Shown: positions 26,701 to 39,400 of the stretch, piece by piece
Layout: each line of letters begins with the position of its first letter
Position numbering within the stretch: the stretch's first letter is position 1
NCBI GenBank assembly: GCA_964016885.1
Contig: OZ024742.1
Span: 164,300,001 to 164,364,000 of the forward strand
Length of the DNA: 64,000 bases
Origin: Eledone cirrhosa
Lineage: Eukaryota
Reading direction: 5' to 3'
The notes under the pieces: model-generated
What the model was told of the DNA's origin: nothing
Database searches by the model: none
The model's input: the letters and a program-made list of their open reading frames with translations, nothing else
Made by a program: the position numbers and the translations under genes

Positions 26701-29700
26701 ACCTCTCCTTGGACGGCTGAAAATCATCTCCCCTTGGACGGCTGCAAATTATCTCCCCTTGATTTTTTAACAAATTATCTCCCCCTGATTTTTTTTACAA
26801 ATTATCTCCCCCTGATTTTTTTTTACAAATTATCTACGCCTAATTTTTTTTACAAATTATCTCCCCCTGATTTTTTTTACAAATTATCTCCCCCTGATTT
26901 TTTTTACAAATTATCTCCCCCTGATTTTTTTTTACAAATTATTTCCCCCTGATTTTTTTACAAATTATCTCCCCCCTGATTTTTTTAAAAATTATCTTCC
27001 CTTGGCTGGCGGGAAATTATCTCCCCTTGGACGGCTGGAAATTATATCCCCTTGGAGGCTGGAATTTATCTCCCCTTGGACGGCTAGAAATTACCTCGCC
27101 TTGGACGGCTGGAAAATATGTCTCCTTGGACGGCTGGAAATTATCTCCCCTTGGACGGCTGGAAATTATCTCCCCTTGGACGGCTGGAAATTATCTCCCC
27201 TTGGACGGCTAGATATTACCTCCCCTTGGACGGCTGGAAATTATCTCCCCTTGATTTCTTTTACAAATTATCTCCCCCTGATTTTTTTTTACAAATTATC
27301 TCCCCCTGATTTTTTTTTACGAATTATCTCCCCCTGATTTTTTTTTACAAATTATCTCCCCTTGAACGGCTGGAAATTATCTCCCCTTGGACGGCTGGAA
27401 ATTATCTCCCCTTGAAAGGCTAGAAATTACCTCTCCTTGGACGGCTGAAAATTATCTCCCCTTGGACGGCTGCAAATTATCTCCCCTTGATTTTTTAACA
27501 AATTACCTCGCCTTGGACGGCTGGAAAATATGTATCCTTGGACGGCTGGAAATTATCTCCCCTTGGACGGCTGGAAATTATCTCCCCTTGGACGGCTGGA
27601 AATTATCTCCCATTGGACGGCTAGATATTACCTCCCCTTGGACGGCTGCAAATTATCTCCCCTTGATTTTTTTAACAAATTATCTCCCCCTGATTTTTTT
27701 TTACAAATTATCTCCCCCTGATTTTTTTTTACAAATTATCTACGCCTAATTTTTTTTACAAATTATCTCCCCCTGATTTTTTTTTACAAATTATCTCCCC
27801 CTGATTTTTTTTACAAATTATCTCCCCCTGATTTTTTTTTACAAATTATCTCCCCCTGATTTTTTTACAAATTATCTCCCCCCTGATTTTTTTTACAATC
27901 TCCGCCTGATTTTTTTAAAAATTATCTTCCCTTGGCTGGCGGGAAATTATCTCCCCTTGGACGGCTGGAAATTATATCCCCTTGGAAGGATGGAAATTAT
28001 CTCCCCTTGGACGGCTGGAAATTATCTCCCCTTGGACGGCTGGAAATTATCTCCCCTTGGACAGCTGGAAATTATCTGCCCTTGATTTTGTTTTTACAAA
28101 TTATCTCCCCCTGATTTTTTTTACAAATTATCTCCACCTGATTTTTTAAAAAATTATCTCCCCTTGGACGGCTGGAAATTATCTCCCCTTGATTTTTTTA
28201 CAAATTATCTCCCCCTGATTTTTTTTACAAATTATCTCCCCCTGATTTTTTTTTACAAATTATCTCCCCCTGATTTTTTTTACAAATTATCTCCGCCTGA
28301 TTTTTTTAAATATTATCTTCCCTTGGCTGGCGGGAAATTATCTCCCCTTGGACGGCTGAAAATTATCTCCCCTTGGACGGCTGGAAATTATCTCCCCTTG
28401 ATTTTTTTTACAAATTATCTCCCCCTGATTTTTTTTTACAAATTATCTCCCCCTGATTTTTTTTTACAAATTATCTTCCCCTGATTTTTTTTTACAAATT
28501 ATCTGCCCCTGATTTTTTTTACAAATTATCTCCCCCTGATTTTTTTACAAATTATCTCCCCTTGGCTGGCTGGAAATTATCTCCCCTTGGAGGCTGGAAT
28601 TTATCTCCCCTTGGACGGCTAGAAATTACCTCTCCTTGGACGGCTGGAAAATATTTCTCCTTGGACGGCTGGATATTATCTACCCTTGGACGGGTGGAAA
28701 TTATCTCCCCTTGGACGGCTGGAAATTATCTCCCCTTGGACGGCTAGATATTACCTCCCCTTGGACGGCTGGAAATTATCTCCCCTTGATTTTTTTTACA
28801 AATTATCTCCCCCTGATTTTTTTTACAAATTATCTCCACCTGATTTTTTTTACAAATTATCTCCCCCTGATTTTTTTTACAAATTATCTCCCCCTGATTT
28901 TTTTTTTACAAATTATCTCCCCCTGATTTTTTTACAAATTATCTCCCCCTGATTTTTTTTACAAATTATCTCCGCCTGATTTTTTTAAATATTATCTTCC
29001 CTTGGCTGGCGGGAAATTATCTCCCCTTGGACGGCTGAAAATTATCTCCCCTTGGACGGCTGGAAATTATCTCCCCTTGATTTTTTTTACAAATTATCTC
29101 CCCCTGATTATTTTTTACAAATTATCTTTCCCTGATTTTTTTTACAAATTATCTCCCCCTGATTTTTTTTACAAATTATCTCCCCCTGATTTTTTTACAA
29201 ATTATCTCCCCTTGGCTGGCTGGAAATTATCTCCCCTTGGAGGCTGGAATTTATCTCCCCTTGGACGGCTGGAAATTATCTCTCCTTGGACGGCTAGTAA
29301 TTACCTCTCCTTGGACGGCTGGAAAATATGTCTCTTTGGAGGGCTGGAAATTATCTCCCCTTGGACGGCTGGAAATTATCTCCCCTTGGACGGCTGGAAA
29401 TTATCTCTCCTTGGACGGCTAGAAATTACCTCTCCTTGGACGGCTGAAAATTATCTCTCCTTGGACGGCTGGAAATTATCTCCCCTTGGACGGCTAGATA
29501 TTACCTCCCCTTGGACGGCTGGAAATTATCTCCCCTTGATTTTTTTTACAAATTATCTCCCCCTGATTTTTTTTACAAATTATCTCCACCTGATTTTTTT
29601 ACAAATTATCTCCCCCTGATTTTTTTTACAAATTATCTCCGCCTAATTTTTTTAAATATTATCTTCCCTTGGCTGGCGGGAAATTATCTCCCCTTGGACG

Positions 29701-32515
29701 GCTGAAAATTATCTCCCCTTGGACGGCTGGAAATTATCTCCCCTTGATTTTTTTTACAAATTATATCCCCCTGATTTTTTTTACAAATTATCTCCCCCTG
29801 ATTTTTTTTTACAAATTATCTCCCCCTGATTTTTTTTTACAAATTATCTCCCCCTGATGTTTTTTACAAATTATCTCCCTTTGGCTGGCTGGAAATTATC
29901 TCCCCTTGGAGGCTGGAATTTATCTCCCCTTGGACGGCTAGAAATTACCTCGCCTTGGACGGCTGGAAAATATGTCTCCTTGGACGGCTGGAAATTATCT
30001 CCCCTTGGACGGCTGGAAATTATCTCCCCTTGGACGGCTGGAAATTATCTCCCATTGGACGGCTAGATATTACCTCCCCTTGGACGGCTGGAAATTATCT
30101 CCCCTTGATTTTTTTTACAAATTATCTCCCCCTGATTTTTTTTTACAAATTATCTCCCCCTGATTTTTTTTACAAATTATCTCCCCCTGATTTTTTTACA
30201 AATTATCTCCCCCCGATTTTTTTTACAAATTATATCCGCCTAATTTTTTTAAATATTATCTTCCCTTGGCTGGCGGGAAATTATCTCCCCTTGGACGGCT
30301 GAAAATTATCTCCCCTTGGACGGCTGGAAATTATCTCCCCTTGATTTTTTTACAAATTATCTCCCCCTGATTATTTTTTACAAATTATCTCCCCCTGATT
30401 TTTTTTTACAAATTATCTCCCTCTGATTTTTTTTACAAATTATCTCCCCTTGGACGGTTAGAAATTACCTCTCCTTGGACTGCTGGAAAATATGTCTCCT
30501 TGGACGGCTGGAAATTATCTCCCCTTGGACGGCTGGAAATTATCTCCCCTTGGACGGCTGGAAATTATCTCTCCTCGGACGACTAGAAATTACCTCTCCT
30601 TGGACAGCTGAAAATTATCTCCCCTTGGACGGCTGGAAATTATCTCCCCTTGATTTTTTTTACAAATTATCTCCCCCTGATTTTTTTTTACAAATTATCT
30701 CCCCCTGATTTTTTTTTACAAATTATCTCCCCATGATTTTTTTTACAAATTATCTCCCCCTGATATTTTTTACAAATTATCTCCCCCTGATTTTTTTACA
30801 AATTATCTCCCCTTGGCTGGCTGGAAATTATCTCCCCTTGGAGGCTGGAATTTATCTCCCCTTGGACGGCTAGAAATTACCTCGCCTTGGACGGCTGGAA
30901 AATATGTCTCCTTGGACGGCTGGAAATTATCTCCCCTTGGACGGCTGGAAATTATCTCCCCTTGGACGGCTGGAAATTATCTCCCCTTGGACGGCTAGAT
31001 ATTACCTCCCCTTGGACGGCTGGAAATTATCTCCCCTTGATTTTTTTTACAATTTATCTCCCCCTGATTTTTTTTTACAAATTATCTACCCTTGAACGGC
31101 TGGAAATTATCTCCCCTTGGACGGCTGGAAATTATCTCCCCTTGGACGGCTAGAAATTACCTCTCCTTGGACGGCTGAAAATCATCTCCCCTTGGACGGC
31201 TGCAAATTATCTCCCCTTGATTTTTTAACAAATTATCTCCCCCTGATTTTTTTTACAAATTATCTCCCCCTGATTTTTTTTTACAAATTATCTACGCCTA
31301 ATTTTTTTTACAAATTATCTCCCCCTGATTTTTTTTACAAATTATCTCCCCCTGATTTTTTTTACAAATTATCTCCCCCTGATTTTTTTTTACAAATTAT
31401 TTCCCCCTGATTTTTTTACAAATTATCTCCCCCCTGATTTTTTTAAAAATTATCTTCCCTTGGCTGGCGGGAAATTATCTCCCCTTGGACGGCTGGAAAT
31501 TATATCCCCTTGGAGGCTGGAATTTATCTCCCCTTGGACGGCTAGAAATTACCTCGCCTTGGACGGCTGGAAAATATGTCTCCTTGGACGGCTGGAAATT
31601 ATCTCCCCTTGGACGGCTGGAAATTATCTCCCCTTGGACGGCTGGAAATTATCTCCCCTTGGACGGCTAGATATTACCTCCCCTTGGACGGCTGGAAATT
31701 ATCTCCCCTTGATTTCTTTTACAAATTATCTCCCCCTGATTTTTTTTTACAAATTATCTCCCCCTGATTTTTTTTTACGAATTATCTCCCCCTGATTTTT
31801 TTTTACAAATTATCTCCCCTTGAACGGCTGGAAATTATCTCCCCTTGGACGGCTGGAAATTATCTCCCCTTGAAAGGCTAGAAATTACCTCTCCTTGGAC
31901 GGCTGAAAATTATCTCCCCTTGGACGGCTGCAAATTATCTCCCCTTGATTTTTTAACAAATTACCTCGCCTTGGACGGCTGGAAAATATGTATCCTTGGA
32001 CGGCTGGAAATTATCTCCCCTTGGACGGCTGGAAATTATCTCCCCTTGGACGGCTGGAAATTATCTCCCATTGGACGGCTAGATATTACCTCCCCTTGGA
32101 CGGCTGCAAATTATCTCCCCTTGATTTTTTTAACAAATTATCTCCCCCTGATTTTTTTTTACAAATTATCTCCCCCTGATTTTTTTTTACAAATTATCTA
32201 CGCCTAATTTTTTTTACAAATTATCTCCCCCTGATTTTTTTTTACAAATTATCTCCCCCTGATTTTTTTTACAAATTATCTCCCCCTGATTTTTTTTTAC
32301 AAATTATCTCCCCCTGATTTTTTTACAAATTATCTCCCCCCTGATTTTTTTTACAATCTCCGCCTGATTTTTTTAAAAATTATCTTCCCTTGGCTGGCGG
32401 GAAATTATCTCCCCTTGGACGGCTGGAAATTATATCCCCTTGGAAGGATGGAAATTATCTCCCCTTGGACGGCTGGAAATTATCTCCCCTTGGACGGCTG
32501 GAAATTATCTCCCCT
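23600..32515 (+). repeat. Tandem duplication of a 4,458-bp higher-order unit (about 23600-28057 and 28058-32515)
   Basis: 23706/28164, 24544/29002, 26017/30475, 27387/31845 and 27932/32390 all differ by 4,458 with identical translations. Confidence 0.94.
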
Positions 32516-33479
32516 TGGACAGCTGGAAATTATCTGCCCTTGATTTTGTTTTTACAAATTATCTCCCCCTGATTTTTTTTACAAATTATCTCCACCTGAT
32601 TTTTTAAAAAATTATCTCCCCTTGGACGGCTGGAAATTATCTCCCCTTGATTTTTTTACAAATTATCTCCCCCTGATTTTTTTTACAAATTATCTCCCCC
32701 TGATTTTTTTTTTACAAATTATCTCCCCCTGATTTTTTTTACAAATTATCTCCGCCTGATTTTTTTAAATATTATCTTCCCTTGGCTGGCGGGAAATTAT
32801 CTCCCCTTGGACGGCTGAAAATTATCTCCCCTTGGACGGCTGGAAATTATCTCCCCTTGATTTTTTTTACAAATTATCTCCCCCTGATTTTTTTTTACAA
32901 ATTATCTCCCCCTGATTTTTTTTTACAAATTATCTCCCCCTGATTTTTTTTTACAAATTATCTCCCCCTGATTTTTTTTACAAATTATCTCCCCCTGATT
33001 TTTTTACAAATTATCTCCCCTTGGCTGGCTGGAAATTATCTCCCCTTGGAGGCTGGAATTTATCTCCCCTTGGACGGCTAGAAATTACCTCTCCTTGGAC
33101 GGCTGGAAAATATGTCCTTGGACGGCTGGATATTATCTACCCTTGGACGGCTGGAAATTATCTCCCCTTGGACGGCTGGAAATTATCTCCCCTTGGACGG
33201 CTAGATATTACCTCCCCTTGGACGGCTGGAAATTATCTCCCCTTGATTTTTTTTACAAATTATCTCCCCCTGATTTTTTTTTACAAATTATCTCCCCCTG
33301 ATTTTTTTTTACAAATTATCTCCGCCTGATTTTTTTTTACAAATTATCTCCACCTAATTTTTTTTACAAATTATCTCTCCCTGATCTTTTTTTACAAATT
33401 ATCTCCCCCTGATTTTTTTTTACCAATTATCTACCCCTGATTTTTTTTTACAAATTATCTCCCCCTTATTTTTTTTACA

Positions 33480-36400
33480 AATTATCTCCCCCTGATTTTT
33501 TTTACAAATTATCTCCCCCTGATTTTTTTACAAATTATCTCCCCCCGATTTTTTTTACAAATTATATCCGCCTAATTTTTTTAAATATTATCTATCCTTG
33601 GCTGGCGGGAAATTATCTCCCCTTGGACGGCTGAAAATGTTCTCCCCTTGGACGGCTGGAAATTATCTCCCCTTGATTTTTTTACAAATTATCTCCCCCT
33701 GATTATTTTTTACAAATTATCTCCCCCTGATTTTTTTTTACAAATTATCTCCCTCTGATTTTTTTTACAAATTATCTCCCCTTGGCTGGCTGGAAATTAT
33801 CTCCCCTTGGAGGCTGGAATTTATCTCCCCTTGGACGGTTAGAAATTACCTCTCCTTGGACTGCTGGAAAATATGTCTCCTTGGACGGCTGGAAATTATC
33901 TCCCCTTGGACGGCTGGAAATTATCTCCCCTTGGACGGCTGGAAATTATCTCTCCTCGGACGACTAGAAATTACCTCTCCTTGGACAGCTGAAAATTATC
34001 TCCCCTTGGACGGCTGGAAATTATCTCCCCTTGATTTTTTTACAAATTATCTCCCCCTGATTTTTTTTTACAAATTATCTCCCCCTGATTTTTTTTACAA
34101 ATTATCTCCCCCTGATATTTTTTACAAATTATCTCCCCCTGATTTTTTTACAAATTATCTCCCCTTGGCTGGCTGGAAATTATCTACCCTTGGAGGCTGG
34201 AATTTATCTCCCCTTGGACGGCTAGAAATTACCTCGCCTTGGACGGCTGGAAAATATGTCTCCTTGGACGGCTGGAAATTATCTCCCCTTGGACGGCTGG
34301 AAATTATCTCCCCTTGGACGGCTGGAAATTATCTCCCCTTGGACGGCTAGATATTACCTCCCCTTGGACGGCTGGAAATTATCTCCCCTTGATTTTTTTT
34401 ACAAATTATCTCCCCCTGATTTTTTTTTACAAATTATCTCCCCCTGATTTTTTTTTACGAAGTATCTCCCCCTGATTTTTTTTTACAAATTATCTCCGCC
34501 TGATTTTTTTTAAAAAATTATCTCCCCTTGAACGGCTGGAAATTATCTCCCCTTGGACGGCTGGAAATTATCTCCCCTTGGACGGCTAGAAATTACCTCT
34601 CCTTGGACGGCTGAAAATTATCTCCCATTGGACGGCTGCAAATTATCTCCCCTTGATTTTTTAACAAATTATCTCCCCCTGATTTTTTTTTACAAATTAT
34701 CTCCCCCTGATTTTTTTTTACAAATTATCTACGCCTAATTTTTTTTACAAATTATCTCCCCCTGATTTTTTTTTACAAATTATCTCCCCCTGATTTTTTT
34801 TACAAATTATCTCCCCCTGATTTTTTTTTACAAATTATTTCCCCCTGATTTTTTTACAAATTATCTCCCCCCTGATTTTTTTTACAATCTCCGCCTGATT
34901 TTTTTAAAAATTATCTTCCCTTGGCTGGCGGGAAATTATCTCCCCTTGGACGGCTGGAAATTATATCCCCTTGGAAGGATGGAAATTATCTCCCCTTGGA
35001 CGGCTGGAAATTATCTCCCCTTGGACGGCTGGAAATTATCTCCCCTTGGACAGCTGGAAATTATCTGCCCTTGATTTTGTTTTTACAAATTATCTCCCCC
35101 TGATTTTTTTTACAAATTATCTCCACCTGATTTTTAAAAAAATTATCTCCCCTTGGACGGCTGGAAATTATCTCCCCTTGATTTTTTTTACAAATTATCT
35201 CCCCCTGATTTTTTTTTACAAATTATCTCCCCCTGATTTTTTTTTACAAATTATCTCCCCCTGATTTTTTTTTACAAATTATCTCACCCTGATTTTTTTT
35301 ACAAATTATCTCTCCCTGATTTTTTTACAAATTATCTCCCCTTGGCTGGCTGGAAATTATCTCCCCTTGGAGGCTGGAATTTATCTCCCCTTGGACGGCT
35401 AGAAATTACCTCTCCTTGGACGGCTGGAAAATATGTCTCCTTGGACGGCTGGATATTATCTACCCTTGGACGGCTGGAAATTATCTCCCCTTGGACGGCT
35501 GGAAATTATCTCCTCTTGGACGGCTAGATATTACCTCCCCTTGGACGGCTGGAAATTATCTCCCCTTGATTTTTTTACAAATTATCTCCCCCTGATTTTT
35601 TTACAAATTATCTCCCCCTGATTTTTTTTACAAATTATCTCCGCCTAATTTTTTTAAATATTATCTTCCCTTGGCTGGCGGGAAATTATCTCCCCTTGGA
35701 CGGCTGAAAATTATCTCCCCTTGGACGGCTGGAAATTATCTCCCCTTGATTTTTTTTACAAATTATCTCCCCCTGATTTTTTTTTACAAATTATCTCCCC
35801 CTGATTTTTTTTACAAATTATCTCCCTCTGATTTTTTTTACAAATTATCTCCCCTTGGCTGGCTGGAAATTATCTCCCCTTGGAGGCTGGAATTTATCTC
35901 CCCTTGGACGGTTAGAAATTACCTCTCCTTGGACTGCTGGAAAATATGTCTCCTTGGACGGCTGGAAATTATCTCCCCTTGGACGGCTGGAAATTATCTC
36001 CCCTTGGACGGCTGGAAATTATCTCTCCTCGGACGACTAGAAATTACCTCTCCTTGGACAGCTGAAAATTATCTCCCCTTGGACGGCTGGAAATTATCTC
36101 CCCTTGATTTTTTTACAAATTATCTCCCCCTGATTTTTTTTTACAAATTATCTCCCCCTGATTTTTTTTACAAATTATCTCCCCCTGATATTTTTTACAA
36201 ATTATCTCCCCCTGATTTTTTTACAAATTATCTCCCCTTGGCTGGCTGGAAATTATCTACCCTTGGAGGCTGGAATTTATCTCCCCTTGGACGGCTAGAA
36301 ATTACCTCGCCTTGGACGGCTGGAAAATATGTCTCCTTGGACGGCTGGAAATTATCTCCCCTTGGACGGCTGGAAATTATCTCCCCTTGGACGGCTGGAA

Positions 36401-39400
36401 ATTATCTCCCCTTGGACGGCTAGATATTACCTCCCCTTGGACGGCTGGAAATTATCTCCCCTTGATTTTTTTTACAAATTATCTCCCCCTGATTTTTTTT
36501 TACAAATTATCTCCCCCTGATTTTTTTTTACGAAGTATCTCCCCCTGATTTTTTTTTACAAATTATCTCCGCCTGATTTTTTTTAAAAAATTATCTCCCC
36601 TTGAACGGCTGGAAATTATCTCCCCTTGGACGGCTGGAAATTATCTCCCCTTGGACGGCTAGAAATTACCTCTCCTTGGACGGCTGAAAATTATCTCCCA
36701 TTGGACGGCTGCAAATTATCTCCCCTTGATTTTTTAACAAATTATCTCCCCCTGATTTTTTTTTACAAATTATCTCCCCCTGATTTTTTTTTACAAATTA
36801 TCTACGCCTAATTTTTTTTACAAATTATCTCCCCCTGATTTTTTTTTACAAATTATCTCCCCCTGATTTTTTTTACAAATTATCTCCCCCTGATTTTTTT
36901 TTACAAATTATTTCCCCCTGATTTTTTTACAAATTATCTCCCCCCTGATTTTTTTTACAATCTCCGCCTGATTTTTTTAAAAATTATCTTCCCTTGGCTG
37001 GCGGGAAATTATCTCCCCTTGGACGGCTGGAAATTATATCCCCTTGGAAGGATGGAAATTATCTCCCCTTGGACGGCTGGAAATTATCTCCCCTTGGACG
37101 GCTGGAAATTATCTCCCCTTGGACAGCTGGAAATTATCTGCCCTTGATTTTGTTTTTACAAATTATCTCCCCCTGATTTTTTTTACAAATTATCTCCACC
37201 TGATTTTTTAAAAAATTATCTCCCCTTGGACGGCTGGAAATTATCTCCCCTTGATTTTTTTTACAAATTATCTCCCCCTGATTTTTTTTTACAAATTATC
37301 TCCCCCTGATTTTTTTTTACAAATTATCTCCCCCTGATTTTTTTTTACAAATTATCTCACCCTGATTTTTTTTACAAATTATCTCTCCCTGATTTTTTTA
37401 CAAATTATCTCCCCTTGGCTGGCTGGAAATTATCTCCCCTTGGAGGCTGGAATTTATCTCCCCTTGGACGGCTAGAAATTACCTCTCCTTGGACGGCTGG
37501 AAAATATGTCTCCTTGGACGGCTGGATATTATCTACCCTTGGACGGCTGGAAATTATCTCCCCTTGGACGGCTGGAAATTATCTCCTCTTGGACGGCTAG
37601 ATATTACCTCCCCTTGGACGGCTGGAAATTATCTCCCCTTGATTTTTTTACAAATTATCTCCCCCTGATTTTTTTACAAATTATCTCCCCCTGATTTTTT
37701 TTACAAATTATCTCCGCCTAATTTTTTTAAATATTATCTTCCCTTGGCTGGCGGGAAATTATCTCCCCTTGGACGGCTGAAAATTATCTCCCCTTGGACG
37801 GCTGGAAATTATCTCCCCTTGATTTTTTTTACAAATTATCTCCCCCTGATTTTTTTTTACAAATTATCTCCCCCTGATTTTTTTTACAAATTATCTCCCC
37901 CTGATTTTTTTACAAATTATCTCCCCTTGGCTGGCTGGAAATTATCTCCCCTTGGAGGCTGGAATTTATCTCCCCTTGGACGGCTAGAAATTACCTCTCC
38001 TTGGAAGGCTGGAAAATATGTCCTTGGACGGCTGGATATTATCTACCCTTGGACGGCTGGAAATTATCTCCCCTTGGACGGCTGGAAATTATCTCCCCTT
38101 GGACGGCTAGATATTACCTCCCCTTGGACGGCTGGAAATTATCTCCACTTGATTTTTTTTACAAATTATCTCCCCCTGATTTTTTTTTACAAATTATCTC
38201 CCCCTGATTTTTTTTTACAAATTATCTCCCCCTGATTTTTTTTTACAAATTATCTACCCCTGATTTTTTTTTACAAATTATCTCCCCCTGATTTTTTTTA
38301 CAAATTATCTCCCCCTGATTTTTTTTTACAAATTATCTCCCCCTGATTTTTTTTTACAAATTATCTACCCCTGATTTTTTTTACAAATTATCTCCCCCTG
38401 ATTTTTTTTACAAATTATCTCCCCCTGATTTTGTTTACAAATTATCTCCCCCTGATTTTTTTACAAATTATCTCCCCCTGATTTTTTTTACAAATTATCT
38501 CCGCCTAATTTTTTTAAATATTATCTTCCCTTGGCTGGCGGGAAATTATCTCCCCTTGGACGGCTGAAAATTATCTCCCCTTGGACGGCTGGAAATTATC
38601 TCCCCTTGATTTTTTTTACAAATTATCTCCCCCTGATTATTTTTTACAAATTATCCCCTGATTTTTTTTTTACAAATTATCTCCCCCTGATTTTTTTTAC
38701 AAATTATCTCCCCCTGATTTTTTTACAAATTATCTCCCCTTGGCTGGCTGGAAATTATCTCCCATTGGAGGCTGGAATTTATCTCCCCTTGGACGGTTAG
38801 AAATTACCTCCCCTTGGACGGCTGGAAAATATGTCTCCTTGGACGGCTGGAAATTATCGCCCCTTGGACGGCTGGAAATTATCTCCCCTTGGACGGCTGG
38901 AAATTATCTCTCATCGGACGGCTAGAAATTACCTCTCCTTGGACAGCTGAAAATTATCTCCCCTTGGACGGCTGGAAATTATCTCCCCTTGATTTTTTTT
39001 ACAAATTATCTCCCCCTGATTTTTTTTTACAAATTATCTCCCCCTGATTTTTTTTTACAAATTATCTCCCCCTGATTTTTTTTTACAAATTATCTCCCCC
39101 TGATATTTTTTACAAATTATCTCCCCCTGATTTTTTTACAAATTATCTCCCCTTGGCTGGCTGGAAATTATCTCCCCTTGGAGGCTGGAATTTATCTCCC
39201 CTTGGACGGCTAGAAATTACCTCGCCTTGGACGGCTGGAAAATATGTCTCCTTGGACGGCTGGAAATTATCTCCCCTTGGACGGCTGGAAATTATCTCCC
39301 CTTGGACGGCTGGAAATTATCTCCCCTTGGACGGCTAGATATTACCTCCCCTTGGACGGCTGGAAATTATCTCCCCTTGATTTTTTTTACAAATTATCTC

